The notes: a model not told the origin generated them from the sequence alone. 64,000 nt of DNA from Octopus sinensis (GCF_006345805.1 NC_043000.1:2356001-2420000); one strand, 5' to 3'; shown: positions 36,641-50,788, numbered from the stretch's first letter. Program-made: numbers and translations.

Positions 36641-36908
36641 AATTTAACTTTATGGTACCATGTATATTGTTATAAACTTCATAATATTTAATAGCTTCTA
36701 CAGATGTATATAGGTCCAACAGCAGTTTATAGTAGCATAGACTGGCACTTGCCCAATGTGTCAAGCAGTTGGATTAAACTTAAAACCATATTGTCGTGAA
36801 GTAAACTTATTGACTGCACAGCCGTGCCTATGCACATGCATGCAGCCATTCTTGAGACATCTTGTCCATGGACAAGCAAATAAATAAACATAACTGAAGA
36901 CAATACCT

Positions 36909-37506
36909 ATTTCTTTACTACCCACAAGGGGCTACATACGGAGAGGACAAACAAGGACAGACAAACGGATTAAGTCGATTATATCGACCCCAGTGTGTAA
37001 CTGGTTCTTAATTTATCGACCCCGAAAGGATGAAAGGCAAAGTCGACCTTGGCGGTATTTGAACTCAGAACGTAACGGCAGATGAAATACCTATTTCTTT
37101 ACTACCCACAAGGGGCTAAACACAGAGAGGACAAACAAGGACAGACAAACGGATTAAGTCGATTATATCGACCCCAGTGCGTAACTGGTACTTATTTATC
37201 AACCCCGAAAGGATGAAAGGCAAAGTCGACCTTGGCGGAATTTGAACTCAGAACGTAACGGCAGATGAAATACCTATTTCTTTACTACCCACAAGGGGCT
37301 AAACATAGAGGGGACAAACAAGGACAGACAAACGGATTAAGTCGATTATATCGACCCCAGTGCGTAACTGGTACTTATTTAATCAACCCCGAAAGGATGA
37401 AAGGCAAAGTCGACCATGGCAGAATTTGAACTCAGAACGTAACGGCAGACGAAATACAGCTACGCATTTCGCCCGGTGTTCTAACGTTTCTGCCATTTCG
37501 CCGCCT
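36909..37506 (-). mobile_element. SINE-B trimer (one head, three ~184-bp bodies)
   Basis: AATAC(C) junction motif at 36902, 37086, 37269 and 37453. 18-bp TSD TAACTGAAGACAATACCT (36891-36908, 37507-37524). Confidence 0.92.
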
Positions 37507-37539
37507 TAACTGAAGACAATACCTTTGCTAAGGCGGAGG

Positions 37540-38625
37540 TAATAATGGTTTCAGATTCTAGCACAAGGCCAGCAATTTTTAGGTGAAGGAGATTAGTCAA
37601 CTACATTGTTCCAAATACTTTATTTTATTGACCCTGAAATGATAAAAGGCAAAGTTGACCTTGATAGAATTTGAACTTAGAATGTAAAAAAATGAGAAGA
37701 AATGCGGCTAAGCATCTTTCCTAATGCCTTAACAATTCTGCCCAGTTGCTACCTTAATACTACTGAAGGCGCATGGCTCAGTGGTTAGAGCGTCGAGCTT
37801 ACGATCGTAAGGTTGTGAGCTCGAATCCCGGACCGGGCTGCGTGTTGTGTTCTTGAGCAAGGCACTTTATTTCACGTTGCTCCAGTTCACTCAGCTGTAG
37901 AAATGAGTTGCGACGTCACTGGTGCCAAGCTGTATCGACCTTTGTCTTTCCCTTGGATAACACTGGTGGCGTGGAGGGGGGAGGGTATGTATGGGCGACT
38001 GCTGGTCTTCCATAAACAACCTTGCCCGGACTTGTGACTAGGAGGGTAACTTTCTAGGTGCAATCCCATGGTCATTCATGACCGAAGGGGGTCTTTACCC
38101 TTTTACTAACCACAACAACAACAACAATAACAACAACAATAATAATAATAATAATCCTCTCTAAATTTTGCACAAGGCCAGCAATTTTTAGGAGTAAGGT
38201 AGTTGATTACATTGCCCCCCCCCCCATCCCCATCACGGTGCTCAACTGGTACTTGTTTTATTTACCCCTGAAAGGATGAAAGATAAAGTCAACCTCGGCA
38301 GAATTTGAACTCACAACATAAAGGCAGACAAAATGATATTAAGCATTCTGCCCAGCATGCTAATGCTTCTGCCAGCTCACCGCCGTAACAGCAACAATAA
38401 TGGTTTCGAATTTGGCACAAGGCCAGCAATTTCAGGGGAGAGGATAAGTCAGTTACATTGACCCCAGTGCTTGACTGATACCTATTTTATTGACCCTGAA
38501 AGGTAGTCGGCCTTGGTGGAATTTGAACTCAGAGCGTAAAGACATGAAATGCCACAAAGCATTTTGTCCAATGTGCTAACGATTCTACCAGCTCACTGCC
38601 TTAATAACAACAACGTCAACAACAA
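37540..38625 (-). mobile_element. Stack of SINE-B' copies (37540-37757, ~38140-38390, ~38395-38625), interrupted by a SINE-C
   Basis: Repeated B-type bodies in one orientation, each with an (AAT/AAC)-rich tail. Confidence 0.7.
37764..38104 (+). mobile_element. tRNA-derived SINE-C (young)
   Basis: A-box TGGCTCAGTGG, B-box-like GCTCGAATCCC, GTGTTCTTGAGCAAGGCAC core. Nearly identical to 62245-62585. Confidence 0.9.
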
Positions 38626-40007
38626 CAACAGCAACAATAACAAGAAAGAAAATGATCATAATAATCCTCAGCTACTATTTCACTGATTTGAATTTTTTTT
38701 AATGTGTTTTTTTTTTAAAGAAAAACTGTTCTGTCAGAGGATTAATAAATGATTGTTAATAATTCAGGAAATCAAGTGTTCAATAATTAATATCTTTATT
38801 TCTTTTGTTTAAAAAAAAAGAAAGAAACTAATCATAGTATAACGGTTTCAACAAATCATTTCAAAGAAATTAAAAATAATGAAAATAAACAAACAGAAAA
38901 CACAATATATAATAGAAAATCATTAAATAAAAATTGAGACAAAAAAATGACAAAACAACGTAGAAAGTTTTTTAAAAAATCAAAAATAACAAATATGGAA
39001 AAAATAATTTGTAAAACACAGAAAATTATATAAAATTATTATTTGATAAAAAAAGGACAGTTTTGTTTTAATTGAAAGTTTCGATTTTAAATCTTCAGTG
39101 ATTTTTAATTCTATAATTTCATTTCTTATTTTTTTTTCCTTGAGAATGAAAGAGAATGTTCACGATCATATTGCTCAACAAGATGTTGTCTACTTTGAAT
39201 TGAAATATTAGCTTAGCTTGTCTGCTGTAGTCCTTAATTAACACCAAAATTGACAAATTCTAAAAATTGTGGTGAATATTTGATTGAAGATGTCGATAAT
39301 CGAGTTACTTGTTGTCGAAATCTTCATTTACATTGCTAATTATCTCCTTGCCTAGATTTTCATGCATTCTTTGGCAGTTACCGTGTTTGTATGTATAAGT
39401 TTACAGAAATGGGTGCCATGTTAGATCTAAATGTTTCTCATTTCTAACTCCTAACATGATTTTAATCTGCTTATTTCCTTTGTCTGATATTAAAACACAT
39501 TTTTGGTTTCTGTCTGTCTTTCTATATCCCTCTCTCACTTACCCTTATTTACACTCACATACAAATTCTCTCTTCCTCTCTTACACTACACATCTGTATC
39601 TCTCTCTCTCTCTCCTTCTCTCCCCCCTCTCTCACACACACACACACTCTCTCTCTCACACACACACAGTCATACATATATGCTCTATTTCTCTTACGCA
39701 CATCTACAAACATCTTAAAATGGGCTATGTCCCATGATGCTTTGCTACAAGAGTTGTAAGATATTCTCTGGGCTGTGTGTATGATTGGTGTGTGTATGCA
39801 AGTGCTTTTATGTGTATGTACTGTGTGTGTGTGTGTGTGTAAATGTGTATGTTAGAGTGGTTGGGAGGGAGATAAGAAGTTTAGGTTTCTATATTGAAGT
39901 TTAAACTGTTGTACAATACTGTATATGCATGTATATGTGTATATTTTTATATATACACACACACACATGTACATACATTTATCTGTTTATCAGTGTGTGT
40001 ATTGTCC

Positions 40008-40038
<31 letters not shown>

Positions 40039-41349
40039 TTGGTTATCTCCTTTCTATTAACAGCCCTAACAAATGGGAACCACATGTATATATTATGCAT
40101 TTTTCGATTAATTTATTTCAGCCACAGAATTTTAGCACATTTCAAGTTATAAACAATCAGACAAAGAAAAGTATAAGACATTGATAGTTGAAGGTCCATG
40201 CAAAGCCAAAATTGGTAGCGGTGCATCATGAACCTCTAGTGGTTCTTACAGATGAAACCGTAAAACAATAACAAAAACTTGCAAAAGAAATAGTTAATAA
40301 AAAAGCCAAGTTAGAAAAGCACCGCTTTACAAATTAGTAATTTCCATGGAACAGGAATTGTAATCTAGAATAGATTTGAAGAAATATTGCTTTTATAAGT
40401 GATGTGAAATAGAGAATAGAGTCAATAATTTGAAAGTGATTTTTGTTTTTGCTTATCGTTTTTTTTTTTTTCTAAATAGGAATAACTTTAGGAATTTATA
40501 ATGAGTTAAGAAAAGACACAAATTTGGAGGGATTGATTAATTAGTAATAGAAATATTTTCAAGGACTGAAGAAAAGCAGTAATAGTGCTATCATAACCAG
40601 GACTCTGTTTTTGGCTTCTAGTTACCGCTATACAAATAGGCTTAGAAGTAGTTAATGCTGTTGTAGAAGGTGGTATTTTGTCTAAAAATTCCAATAGACA
40701 TTTGAGGAGAAATTGAGTGCATTTGTGAAAATGTGTCCTATACTTAAGTAATATCTATGAAAAGGTTCTGTGATATGCTCCGCTTCTCCTAGGTTTCCAC
40801 CATATAATCAATAAAATAATCAAGGAATAAATTTGGTTTCGATTTCCTGTTTAGAGCTTCATTGATAGTTCACCATGTTTTTTTTTTTCTCATATCGTTT
40901 TTATATTGGGAAAATAAGCTGGAGTAATGGTTGATTTCAGCATTTTGCATACATTTTGTAATAAGTCGATTGTAAGATTGAATATTTGTTTTTAAAGATT
41001 TTTTTGCTTTGACTCTCCGGATCCTCAATCTCCAACTGCTCTATGTACATGCTATTTCTTTCATTCTTTTTTTTTTTCATAAAAGCTGAAATTCCATTCA
41101 TCATTCAAGGTTCTTTTCTATGTTTATATTTATTGAACTGAACAGTATTTGTGGGTGTTATCAGCATTTTTTTCATATAACTCTGTGATGGTTGAAAGAA
41201 GACGTACTGTATATTATATTAACAACTTCACTATCCAGCAGTTGCATTATAGCTTTTCTCTGCTAGTTCGCATTGTAATTGGTCAACATCTAATTTTGTC
41301 TACATAGCAACGTAGCAGATTGCTTTAATTTTATTCTATTCAGGTCTTA

Positions 41350-41900
41350 TCAATTCATATAAAGATTCGAAGATATAAATTGTTGAACCAGGTTATGAAA
41401 GTTACAAAAATTGTTATAACTCACTTAATTGGGAAAAGAAATGCGATTTGGCTTTGTGCCAGGAAGAAGTAAAACTGATGCCTTCTTCCTAATGTGTAAC
41501 AACTGCAAGATAAGTACTTAGCTAACTCAACATTTTTCTCTTTGGAGAAGGCTTTTAATAGGATCCCTTGCTATGTGATCTGGTGGTTATTAAGGAATCT
41601 AGGATTAGACAACTGACTTGTTGGGGGTTGTACAAACCAAGTGCAGATGTGTGGTCAGTAAGATGAGTCAGCAAATAGTTCAGTAACAAATTTAGTGTGC
41701 ATTTTGGGGGATACTAAGATTCATTTTTCAGTCCTTTACATTTATCATAGTCCTCTAAGCCATAACAAAAATGTTTAAGACCAGTCATCTTTGAAAACTT
41801 CTATATGCTAATGATCTAGCTTGTATTGCTGAATCTGTATTAGAATTAGAGAAAAAGTTCTAGACATGAAAGCGAAACCTGAAATGAAGAGACATCAAAT
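41350..41900 (+). mobile_element. Old decayed RTE RT segment
   Basis: Relics of KLLNQVMKVT, MRFGFVPGRS and LLYANDL...IAES. Confidence 0.65.
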
Positions 41901-42064
41901 ATTGGAACTAGATCTCAACCATATAAGTTTGGTCAGTCTGAAATGGTGGGCTAAGGTCATGGGTGCTGTTTTTATCTTATAAAAACCCCACACATACAAT
42001 CATTTATATTCAATGTCCATGTTTCACTAGTATACATTGCCACACATCTTACATACATCACTTA

Positions 42065-42455
42065 TACAAGAGAGTACTGAAAAATTCCTTTGACTACAAC
42101 AAGACGACCAAAGTTTGTTTTTTTTCCCAAGGTCTGGGGTCTCCCACCCTAAGCCCTCGACCATCACCTAATCACCCTTACCCGTCTTGTTGCTTAACAA
42201 CAACAACAGCATCAGCAATGATGTTGATTGTCCTCCAATGATTCTCATGCACAAGCTGTTGAAGCACCCATGCCACTTGAAACATTGAGTATGACCCCTT
42301 GCCATAAGCTTGTTGAAGCCTGCTCAGTGTCTCTGTAGCAGATTTCCCAAGTTTAATGCAAAATTTCATGTCGACTCTTTGTTCCAACATTCTGGCCATT
42401 ACAAAATTGCAGACTATGGCATACATGCCCTCATGCATCAACCAGGAGAATTCAT
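42065..42455 (-). mobile_element. Deleted mariner fragment containing a ~125-bp insert
   Basis: MARMLEQRVDMKFCIKLGKSATETLSRLQQAYG and QQLVHENHWRTINIIADAV. TIR-like TACAAGAGAGTACTGAAAAATTCC at 42065. Confidence 0.75.
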
Positions 42456-42735
42456 CTATGAAGCAATTTCCCCAGCTCCCCTTCAAGGTTGGCGAAAGCG
42501 ATGTGGTGGACAACGAAAAACCTGGCTGATGACAGTCAAGGCTGATCTGGAACCCAACCTAGGCCCACATATCTATGGTGTTTGCCACTGGAATAAGGAG
42601 TGGTTGGAGATCATGCGGTCGTTAGCCTCAAATCGCCAGGTCTGGTCGGTGTTTGTGAGAGATGCAGCATTGAGGATGAATGAAGCCAGCTCAACCCACC
42701 CCGGGTGAATGCTGTCTCAAGACAAGAAGAAGACA
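42456..42735 (+). mobile_element. RTE-like LINE 3' fragment (family 3)
   Basis: GWRKRCGGQRKTWLMTVKADLEP...LASNRQVWSVFVRDA... followed by a CAAGA-type tail. Confidence 0.75.
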
Positions 42736-42889
42736 TACATGTGATCATAAAAACACAAATTTCCCAACATGTTAAGTAAACACAGTGATGTCACTCAACA
42801 CACTGCCACATGAAGGTGATTGCTAGCTCTCACTGCATACACAACCATGTGGTACATCTGCTGGCATTCTACAGAACTAGTCAGGGAAC

Positions 42890-43170
42890 TTTTGATACTG
42901 CCATCACATCTTATACACACCAGATATAGTGTACGCCATTCACCACTCATGTTTCACTACTGTACACCACCACATAATCTTCTACATTTACTCTCCATGT
43001 TCCACCATTATACGTCTTGCACACTCCACTCATAATCCTTTACATACACTTTCCATGTTTCTTCCTTACCATCTGCCATTACACATCTTACACACACCAT
43101 ATATAATCTGCCGCCACATTCACTGTCCATGTTTCACTACCATACATCATCCTATTTCTCACATTGTGTA
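42890..43170. repeat. Degenerate minisatellite with a TCCATGTTTCACTAC core
   Basis: The core recurs about four times here and once at ~42015. Confidence 0.55.
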
Positions 43171-43490
43171 AGTTAACATTGCACATTTATAAGCACCCTA
43201 TCCTTCTCTTTCCTCTCCACTGTAGAATTGTCGGGAAATTTTCAAGCGATAAAATTGATGGCTTAATGTCTTGATATTTAGTTTATGTTATTTTTGCACT
43301 TAATGGAACAGTTCTAGTGTATGTTTATTTGTTTTCATTGTTGCTGTACAATATTTCTTTATTTTATTGTTACATTTATTGGTGCCATCTTAAATACGTC
43401 TGCCAAACTTTCCATTGCACACACCAGTCGATTAAAACAAACCAGTTACATCTAATATCTTAATTTAATAGAATCAAACCGTTCTCTCTC

Positions 43491-43897
43491 TCTTTACTCT
43501 TTTACTTGTTTCAGTCATTTGACTGCGGCCATGCTGGAGCACAGCCTTTAGTCGAGCAAATCGACCCTGGGACTTATTCTTTTGTAAGCCCAGTACTTAT
43601 TCTATCGGTCTCTTTTGCCAAACCGCTAAGTGATGGGGACGTAAACACACCAGCATCGGTTGTCAAGCAATGCTAGGGGGACAAACACAGACACACAAAC
43701 ACATACACACACACTTATATATATATACATATATATACGACAGGCTTCTTTCAGTTTCTGTCTACCAAATCCACTCACAAGGCATTGGTTGGCCTGGGGC
43801 TATAGCAGAAGACACTTGCCCAAGATGCCACGCAGTGGGACTGAACCCGGAACCATGTGGTTGGTTAGCAAGCTACTTACCACACAGCCACTCCTGC
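43491..43897 (-). mobile_element. SINE-A, full length, low divergence
   Basis: Complete reverse-complement copy. Confidence 0.9.
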
Positions 43898-44151
43898 GTT
43901 CTGTTTTTTTTTTTTTTGTTTTTTTTTTCATTACCATTCCAGAAAAACAATGTATTTGTAAATGTTCCACAAGGAATTGTATAAACATTGTCCAAATGCT
44001 GAATTGTTTATAGCAATTGTCTAGTCGTTATTTTTCTGTAAAATAGCCCAGCTGACCTCTCGTGAAATACATCATGGGGAATGAAAAAGTAGTCTTTGAA
44101 CACTTTTTTCTATTTTCAACATAAAATTAAATTTTCTACGTGATTGAATTA

Positions 44152-44540
44152 TATGGGAAGCACTCCATCGGTTACGACGACGAGGGTTCCGGTTGATCCG
44201 AATCAACGGAACAGCCTGCTCGTGAAATTAACGTGTAAGTGGCTGAGCACTCCACAGACACGTGTACCCTTAACGTAGTTCTCGGGGATATTCAGCGTGA
44301 CACAGAGAGTGACAAGGCCGGCCCTTTGAAAATACAGGTACAACAGAAACAGGAAGTAAGAGTGAGAGAAAGTTGTGGTGAAAGAGTACAGCAGGGATCA
44401 CCACCATCCCCTGCCGGAGCTCGTGGAGTTTTAGGTGTTTTCGCTCAATAAACACTCACAACGCCCGGTCTGGGAATCAAAACCGCGATCCTATGACCGC
44501 GAGTCCGCTGCCCTAACCACTGGGCCATTGCGTCTCCACA
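44152..44540 (-). mobile_element. tRNA-derived SINE-E
   Basis: A-box TGGCCCAGTGG and a CpG-rich head. TSD TGATTGAATTA (44141-44151, 44541-44551). Confidence 0.85.
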
Positions 44541-44773
44541 TGATTGAATTAAGCATCAGAGATTTTATGTGTGTGTTTGTGTATTAGTAGACATGGTTGC
44601 TTATGGTTTCCGGTTCAGTCACACAATGTGGCACACCTTGGGCAAGTATCTTCTTGTATAGCTCTGGGCTGACTAAAGCCAAAGCCTTGTGAGTCGATTT
44701 GATAGCCAGGACCTGAAAAATGAATATGTGTGTGTGTGTGTGTATGTTTGTCTCTCCTTGTTTTTATATTGCA

Positions 44774-45159
44774 CTAGCAGTATCGCCCGGCGTTGCTCGG
44801 GTTTGTAAGGGAAATAACTATAAAGCATTTTTAGATAGTTATAGCCAAAATATAGCAAAAAAATGGGAAAAAAATTATGGTAAATTTTTTTTATGAGAGT
44901 TAAAAAGGTGGAGTTGCGTCTCCTAGACAGTCTGTGGTTTGTGTTTCTGATTCTCGACCCCATGTCGAATTTATCGATTTTTTTCAGAACTGAGGGAACT
45001 TTTCAAAATTTTCCCTGCGTTAGTTTTGAATTATGACATTGGGCTATGTGTGTGTCAAGTTTCATCAGAATCGGTTGAAAGCCGTGGTCAGAGTGGGGGT
45101 ACAACCAAACAGACACACAGAAACACACACAGACAAACTGCCGTTTATATATAGAGAGA
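44774..45159 (-). mobile_element. Complete non-autonomous Helitron (386 bp)
   Basis: Minus strand starts A|TC and ends with the CCCGAGCAACGCCGGG hairpin and CTAG|T. AT target, no TSD. Confidence 0.85.
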
Positions 45160-46129
45160 TGATTGTTGTAAATTCCCAATATTAAAGGTGAACAAAAAAA
45201 ATCTTCACAAACTGTTACTCGGAGTTTTATGTGACCACTTGTCAGAGAGTTGTGATAATACTTGCAAATGTCTGACAACAGTCATATGAAACTCTGAGTA
45301 ACAGTTGGTGAAGATATTTTGCCACTTTAATAAATACTACGTGTGTGTGTGTGTGTTTTTCTTTGTCTATCCATGGTAATATTTTTAGCCAAAAATAAAT
45401 ATCATTTTCTATATCATCATCACCATCATCATTATTTTAGCGTTCACTTTTCCATGCTTGCATGGGTCAAATGAAGTTTACACATACCAAATGAAATATC
45501 TACATGCATATTATTGAACCATTTGTACACAGTCTCCCAACCATTTATATGCATGCATAGTCTACTTTTGGTTTCTAGTTTCAATTTCAGCTTATTGGCT
45601 AAACATAAGTTTCTTTCAGAAAAATTGTTTACTATATGATTCCTTCAGGTGATTGGGAAGCAAACTTCTTAACCACACAGCCAGGCCTCTGCCTCTCTCT
45701 CTCTCTCTCTCTCTCATATATGTATGTATGTGTATGTGAAGGTGCTTGACTTAGTGGTTAGGGTGTTGCACTCACAACTGTGAGATCGTCGTTTCAATTC
45801 CCTGACCGAAAAGCCTATAGGCACAATTATTGATTTTTTGTCAATGCCATATACTGACATCAACTCACTGCCATGAGCCTTGCTCCCTCATCATTTTCAT
45901 CAAAATGAGGCAAAAAATGCAGGAAAAATAACATCGTTATGGGAATTTCCATTCAAACGCCTAATTGAGCTCACAAAAACCCATGTCAACTGAGCATTAT
46001 CAAGTTTTCAAAAAATTCCAGCTTTATTTGAACTTCAGGGCATGTGATCTACCTATATGCCAAAAATTATTAAATTCAGTTTGACAGTGTAGGAGTTAGA
46101 GTAACCCCAAACACACGGACAGACAGCAT

Positions 46130-46591
46130 CAGACATGTATGTATACATATACATATATATGCAACAGGCTTCTTTCAGTTTCCATATACCAAATCCACTC
46201 ACAAGGCTTTGGTCAGCCCAAAGCTAATGTAGTAGACACTTGCCCAAGGTGCCATGAATTAGGACTGAACCGGGAAGCAAGCTTCTTACCACACAGCCAC
46301 TCCTGCCCTGTCCACTTGTGCACCTATATCATCATCATTGTTTAACGTCCGTTCTCCATGCTAGCATGGGTTGGACAGTTCGACCGGGGATCTGGGAAGC
46401 CAGAAGGCTGCCCCAGGCTCCAGTCTTATCTGGCAATGTTTCTACAGCTGGATGCCCTTCCTAACACCAACCACTCCGTGAGTGTAGTGGGTGCCACGGT
46501 CGGATTGGTGCATTTTACGTGCCACTGGCACGGAAGCCAGTCGAGGCGGCGCTGGCATCGGCCACGAGTCGGATAGTGCTTTTTACGTATA

Positions 46592-46624
<33 letters not shown>

Positions 46625-46771
46625 GAACAAGCTTCTTTCAGTCTCTGCCTACCAAATCTACTCACAAAGCTTTCATTGGCCCAGGCTACAGTGTAAGACA
46701 CTTACCCAGGGTGCCATGCAGTGGGACTGAACCGGGAAGTAAGCTTCTTACCACACACCCACTCAAACATC

Positions 46772-46809
<38 letters not shown>

Positions 46810-47029
46810 CACACACACACACACCTTCTCAACTTACAACTGTCAGGTCATAAGTTGGTCTGGTCATATGCCGGATTTATATTTTTCAACATTATAAGTT
46901 GGAGTTAGGAAGGGCATCCAGTCGTAGAAACACTGCCAGATCTGACTGGGCCTGACGAAGCCTTCCAGCTTCACAGACCCCAGTTGAACCGTCCAACCCA
47001 TGCTAGCATGGAAAACGGACGCTAAATGG

Positions 47030-47060
<31 letters not shown>
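46130..47060. mobile_element. Cluster of SINE-A halves and RTE-1 3'UTR ends
   Basis: SINE-A 5' halves (-) at ~46130-46305 and ~46615-46765. RTE tails at ~46325-46590 (-) and ~46905-47060 (+). Confidence 0.75.
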
Positions 47061-47064
<4 letters not shown>

Positions 47065-47343
47065 ATTCAAACTCAACTAATACCTGAAAGTGAATGAGAG
47101 ACAGTGGCAGGCTGTGGATGCCTGGGTCTGAGGGAGGCCTGCATAGCCATATGCCGCTATAGTTATCATACGCTCAGCTGCTCAATGTCCAAGAATCAAT
47201 GTTTTATCTATTTATTTATTTCCTAATTTTTGTGGTGCTCCAGCATGGCCGCAGTCAAATGACTGAAACAAGTAAAAGAGAGTAAAAGAGTAAAGAGTAT
47301 AAGTCGCATAGGTTGTAAGCCGAGGAGAAGGTGTGTATATATA

Positions 47344-47855
47344 CCGTAAATCCTTGAGTATAGTCTGCCCTTGAGTATAATATGTAGGGGATTTTTAGGG
47401 GGTTGTACCTCTGAAAAACCTAAACCTTGCGTATAATACGCATCCCTTCTCTAACTTGAGTCAAGGAGGTCTATATAATGTCCTTGGTTTGTAAAACTGT
47501 ACACGGTAATGTCCTTTATTATTATTGTGTATATAACATAATGCAAACATGTAGCTTTTTTGTGCATTTTGTTTTCAGAAAATAAAGAAATAACAGTAAT
47601 AACTTTTAATAAATTTTTCTTACTGCAAGTTATGGATTATTCTTTTATAACTTCATTGCTTTCAGGCTTAGCTTAAGGTATTTTCGCACCCGACATCACA
47701 AAATGCGTCTGAATAAACATTGCCGGACAGTAAATAGAGACTCAGACATTGCTTAGAAAATAATTTTCATTTTTAACCTCGTGTATAGTATGTACTAGGG
47801 ATTTTGACCTTTAAATTTTGGGAAAATAATGCAGATTATACACGAGGACTTACGG
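47344..47855. mobile_element. Tc1/mariner-superfamily MITE (Tc2-like termini)
   Basis: TA|CCGTAAATCCTTGAGTATA ... TATACACGAGGACTTACGG|TA, with subterminal repeats of the TIR core. The Tc2 label rests on the recalled CCGTA terminus. Confidence 0.75.
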
Positions 47856-48304
47856 TATGAATCAATAAACGAATGGAAATGTGACTGAGTGACATTCATT
47901 ACACTATATAATGGCAGTAAAATAGAATCTACCATACTATTAATTGTATAATATCTACCTCACCTTGTGTGTATGTTGAATACACAGAAAACCCTAAAAG
48001 AAATTCTACAACACCCAATTTGTTATTTCAATGACTAAGGACGGTGAGGGCATCACTTAATCTCCCTCTCTCCCCCTCCCCTCCCTCCCTCTCTCTCTTA
48101 AATTTCAGGAATTATCTGAGAGTTTCAGTTTGACATTTCACTTCCGTATTCTTAATTGGCTTTGAGTAAATTAATTTGAAATTTGGAATTTAAGGAGAAA
48201 GTGGTTTCTTGCTCCTCCTGCTACTACTACTACTACCGCCGTTGTTGTGGTAGTATATTGGGATGTAGATTCTGATATTCTGGAATTTCTCCTTTGCTAC
48301 ACTC

Positions 48305-48346
<42 letters not shown>

Positions 48347-48577
48347 TTACTATGTAATTAAATCCATAGCATTGTTTTGTGCAGGTCTCTTTGTGAATAC
48401 TTAAGCAACTCTCAGCGGATATGAAGTGGAGTTGGTAAATGTATTTTCTGTGTGCGTATGTAGGTATGTATGTACAACAATATATCTGCATCATCATCAC
48501 CACCACCATCATTATCATCATCATCATCGTTTTAACATCTATTTTTCTATGTTTGCAATAGATCAGATTAGACTATG

Positions 48578-48930
48578 TTCATCATCATCATCATCGTCGT
48601 TTAACGTCTGCTTTCCATGCTAGCATGGGTTGGACGATTTGACAGAGGACTGGCGAACCAGATGGCTGCACCAGGCTCCAATCTTGATTTGGCAGAGTTT
48701 CAACAACTGGATGCTCTTCCTAATGCCAACCACTCTGAGAGTGTAGTGGGTGCTTTTACATGCCACTGGCACGAGGGCCAGTCAGGCAGTACTGGCAACG
48801 GTCAAGGAAAATCGTGTTTTTTTTTAACTGTCACCTGCATACTGGCACAAGTGCCAGTAAGGTGACACTGGTAATGATCACGCTCGAATGGTGCTTTTTA
48901 CATGCCACCGGCATGAACGCCAGTTAAGGA
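48578..48930 (-). mobile_element. RTE-1 3'UTR fragment
   Basis: (ATC)n tail and conserved terminal block. Confidence 0.8.
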
Positions 48931-49885
48931 ATTTCTGTGGTTAGATACCCTTCCTGATACTACCACCTGTCACTTATTTCCAAGAAAGGTAATTACCCAG
49001 TATATTGAACAGAGAACTGTAAGGAAGCAGCATTGTTTTGCTTATAATCAAGCTCACATATGTCAAGAAACTTGCTCAAACCCTTTTCCATGCACTGCAA
49101 ACAAAGAGCATTATCTGTATGGAGAGTGAGGCTTTTGTTCACAACCATTGTACACACATGCCAAAACAAAAGTAAATACAAGCTCAGTCATGCACATGCA
49201 CACATCATCATCATCATCAAACATCGTTCTTCCATGTTGGTATGAGTTCAACAAGATCTGGTGAGCCAGAGGACTTGTGACATGCTCCCATGTCTGTTTT
49301 GGCATTTGGTCCTTTGGTTGGATCTTCTTCCTAACACCAAACACTTTACAGAGTGACTGGGCATTTATTTTTTTTCTCATGGCACCAACATTAGTGAGGT
49401 CATCATGTAACTCACAAAATTAAGTTCACCTGCCCCCTCCCCACGCCAACCCCACCATCTAGGGCTTCCTTTAGCAATTCCTTTGAAAGCATGTCAAAGT
49501 ACTCTTTGACCTTTATGAAGCAGCAGTTTGTCACTTTCCCCACTTACTTGTTTTTGAACAAATTCCACATGCAGGGAGTCACACTTTTTTCTGTGCCATT
49601 CTGCTGTCACACTTCTTGTGACTGGATTGAATAATGATGACGACAATGATGATGATAATCCATTCAAATTCTAGGCACATGGCCTGAAATTTTACAGTGA
49701 TCCAGTATTTGACTGGTACTTATTTCATCAATTCATAAAGGATGAAAGGCAAAGTCAACTTCAGCAGAATTTGAACTCACAACATAATATAGTGGAAATG
49801 CCTCTAAGCATTTTGTCTGGTATACTAGTGACTCTGCCATCTTGTTGCCTTCATAATAATAATAAAAATAATAATAATGATGATA

Positions 49886-50276
49886 GGCATAGGAGTGGCT
49901 GTGTGGTAAGTAGCTTGCTTACCAACCACATGGTTCCGGGTTCAGTCCCACTGCATGGCACCTTGGGCAAATGTCTTCTACTATAGCCTCAGGCCGATCA
50001 AAGCCTTGTGAGTGGATTTGGTAGACGGAAACTGAAAGAAGCCCGTCGTATATATGTATGTATATATATGCTTGTATGTGTTTGTTCCCCCAATATCACT
50101 TAACAACCGATGCTGATGTGATTACATCCCCGTAACTTGGCGGTTTGGCAAAAGAGACCGATAGAATACATACTAGGCTTAAAAAGAATAAGTCCTGTGG
50201 TCGATTTGCTCGACTAAAGACAGTGCTCCAGCATGGCCACAGTCAAATGACTGAAACAAGTAAAAGAGTAAAAGAG
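49886..50276 (+). mobile_element. SINE-A, full length
   Basis: Complete head to GTAAAAGA tail. Confidence 0.9.
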
Positions 50277-50788
50277 ACTTTCCTGTTGAAGACAACATAT
50301 GAATGTTCCGCTTCAGGCAAACAACCTGCGCAAATGATTTATTTATGGTGATTGAAGGTATGTTCTGTATGTACATTAGCTCACTCCTTCTATCAAATGG
50401 ATGTTGCCTGAACAGGTGCATAGTGTACCACACATCAGGTGTCAAAGAGATCACAGTGATCGTGAGATAAAATGTTTTGTTCAAGAACACAACGCACTAC
50501 CTGGTCTAGTGATTGAAGCCACAATTTTGCAATCATGAGTACAACATGCTAACCACTTGGCCATGGGAATAATAATTCTTCCATTTTATTTGGCATGAGT
50601 ACCACTTTATTCAGACGACAATATGTTACAAAAATGGCTGACAAGACATGTGAGGTTGTAACATTGTGGTATGAGAAAAAGACCTCAGGCAAAAATATTT
50701 TACAATATATTAAGTCATTAAAAAATGGTAGTAAAAACACATATATCATAAAACAAAATAAGTAAAACAATATATACATATATATATA

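Noticed and set aside
37764-37840. tRNA-like sequences (also 29690-29758, 44470-44540, 57762-57830, 62245-62320)
   Set aside because: A and B boxes are present, but there is no 3' acceptor stem and each continues into a SINE body, so they are SINE heads.
40626-40681. Possible 56-nt minus-strand exon (KIPPSTTALTTSKPICIA)
   Set aside because: Splice-like ends of this quality are expected by chance in AT-rich DNA, and there is no supporting homology.
43660-44013. Recurring ORF peptides (YDRLLSVSVYQIHSQG, WLVSKLLTTQP) suggesting a gene family
   Set aside because: They are translations of SINE-A copies.
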